A DNA stretch of 9,367 bases, taken from contig JBHGNT010001366.1 in the NCBI GenBank assembly GCA_043228905.1, positions 1 to 9,367 of the forward strand, in the 5' to 3' direction. Under the pieces are notes generated by a model, which was not told where the DNA came from, made no database searches, and saw only the letters and a program-made list of their open reading frames with translations. The first letter of the stretch is position 1. The number at the start of each line of letters is the position of its first letter. The position numbers and the translations under genes were made by a program. The stretch is from Azolla caroliniana (taxonomy: Eukaryota; Plantae; Polypodiophyta). Positions 7,834-9,367 of this stretch are shown one piece after another.

Positions 7834-8889
7834 GAGCCGGGGAGATACGCAGAAGCGGCGAAAGATGCAAATTGGCATGCCGCAATGGAGGAAGAGATGC
7901 GCGCTTTAGTGTAGAATGAGACTTGGGACCTGGTTGACGCACTGAAGGGTGTAAAGCTGACTGGATGTAGATGGGTGTACAAGGTCAAGTACAACACTAA
8001 CGGATCTGTCAACCGATATAAGGCCCGATTAGTTACAAAAGGCTACGCGCAGAGGCACGACGTGGATTACGATGAGACCTCTACGCCGATCGCGAAGATG
8101 ACTACCGTGCGTGTCCTGCGAGCCGTAGCAGCGGCGAAGGGGTGGCATTTACATCAAATGGATGTAAAGAATGCGTTCCTGCAAGGCGATTTTGAGGAAC
8201 AAGTTTACATGGTATAGCCCCCCAAATTTCTATCCGAACAGAACACTTTGGCAGTTTGCCGCCTGAAGAAGTCACTTTACGGACTCAAGCAAGCCCGGTG
8301 AGCTTGGAACGCAAAGATTATGCAACGGTTGCGTAAGATGGGGTTTTCGACATCGAAGTTTGACTCTTCATTATTTGTTCGGCAAGGTCAACACGGCCCG
8401 ATAAGCCTTCTGTTATATGTTGATGATTTAATCATCACTGGTGCCGACTTGAACGAAATCTATCGTGTAAAGTCTCAACTTGCGGCATCATTTGAAATGA
8501 AGGATCTTGGAGACCTTCATTACTTCCTCGGGATCGAAGCGATCCATACCCCCAAAGGCATATTGATTAGCCAACGTCATTACACGCTGAATATGCTCTT
8601 CAAGTTCGGGATTGCAAATTGTAAGCCCATCTCGACCCCTCTAGACAGAAATGTAAAGCTTCACTGAGATTCGGGAAAGGTGTGCAACCCGACACGGTTT
8701 CAACAAATTGTTGGAAGCCTCATCCATTTGACGATTACTCGGCCGGATCTTAGCTACTTGGTCGGCTTAATCACTCAATTTATGTCGCAGCCTACGGCCG
8801 AACACTTTTAGTGCGCGCAAAGGATATTGCGATATGTCAGTGGCACGAAAGACATGGCGTTGCTATATCGAGCAGGCGTAGCCGAACAG
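7834..8889 (+). pseudogene. Reverse transcriptase domain of element B
   Basis: [38 protein letters not shown], catalytic YVDD at 8416-8427, FEMKDLG, TITRPDLSY; a single frame with internal stops. Confidence 0.96.
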
Positions 8890-9367
8890 TTAGTTGGCTA
8901 CACGGATGCCGATTGGGCCGGAAATGCCCACGATCATAGATCCACATCTAGATACGCATTCTCACTAGGGAGTGCAACGATTGCGTGGAGCAGCAAAAAG
9001 CAGCCGATAGTGGCACTATCGAGCACAGAGGCCGAATATCGAGGGGCGACTGTCGCTACGTGCGAAGTCATTTCGCTGAAACGGCTATTATGGGATCTGC
9101 ATGTAGAGGTGTCCGATCCAACGACGATCTATTGCGACAACCTCAGTAGTATCCACCTTGTGAAGAACCCCCTATTTCACGCCCGGATCAAACACATTGA
9201 GGTGCACTACCATTTTGTCCGTGAGCGGGTCCTTCAGGTGAAGTCGAACTAGCGTATGTTCCGACAGATCGGCAGGTTGTCGACATCTTCACCAAGCCTC
9301 TTGGTCTCGACAAGTTACGACATTTCTAAGGTGAGCTAGGGTTGCGTCACCTCGACATGCCGAACTT
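8890..9367 (+). pseudogene. RNase H domain of element B
   Basis: LVGYTDADWAG, WSSKKQ..VALSSTEAEY, IYCDN, HARIKHIEVHYHFVRE; after a frameshift, QVVDIFTKPLG. The PPT and 3' LTR are expected just beyond 9367. Confidence 0.95.

Larger units (their letters stand above)
4761..9367 (+). mobile_element. Ty1/copia LTR retrotransposon B (lineage distinct from A), degenerate; 3' end lies outside the window
   Basis: Plus-strand order LTR - PBS - gag - PR - IN - RT - RNase H. The protein is clearly divergent from A. The short LTR and the PBS abutting the terminal CA resemble Ale-type elements, but the lineage cannot be resolved by eye. Confidence 0.93.
5159..9367 (+). pseudogene. Disrupted gag-pol polyprotein of element B
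   Basis: Starts at ATG 5159 (MDRGMGSSLLTTKLDRTNYTSWSYKM). In-frame stops at 5507, 5780, 5888, 6017, 6335, 6699, 6756, 7816, 7912, 8215, 8299, 8665 and 8809; frameshifts near 6508, 6580, 7490 and 9232. Confidence 0.95.

Noticed and set aside
1-9367. A single element with inverted duplicated halves, or a novel prokaryotic RT system
   Set aside because: The two halves are not nucleotide-level inverted copies. They encode divergent but standard copia polyproteins with plant tRNAi-Met PBSs.

Overview
Eukaryotic, plant-type repeat DNA. The whole window is explained by two unrelated, decayed Ty1/copia LTR retrotransposons arranged head-to-head (divergent). Element A (minus strand, Tnt1/Tork-like) runs from its 5' LTR (inner end 4381) and an intact tRNAi-Met PBS (4367-4378) through gag (ATG 4282), protease, integrase, RT and RNase H, and leaves the window at base 1. 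Element B (plus strand, a different copia lineage) runs from its 5' LTR (inner end 5046) and a mutated PBS (5047-5058) through gag (ATG 5159), protease, integrase, RT and RNase H, and leaves the window at 9367. The two 5' LTRs share only 666 bp (4381-5046) with no recognisable host DNA between them, so one element probably inserted in or next to the other's LTR; the exact junction is ambiguous (4690/4691 or 4760/4761). Both polyproteins are pseudogenes. Their stops are mostly C>T/G>A changes in CG and CHG contexts, and element A carries two locally templated, microhomology-bounded insertions (85 bp and 22 bp). I see no host gene, RNA gene or CRISPR array, and no evidence of a new biological system beyond these structural details.
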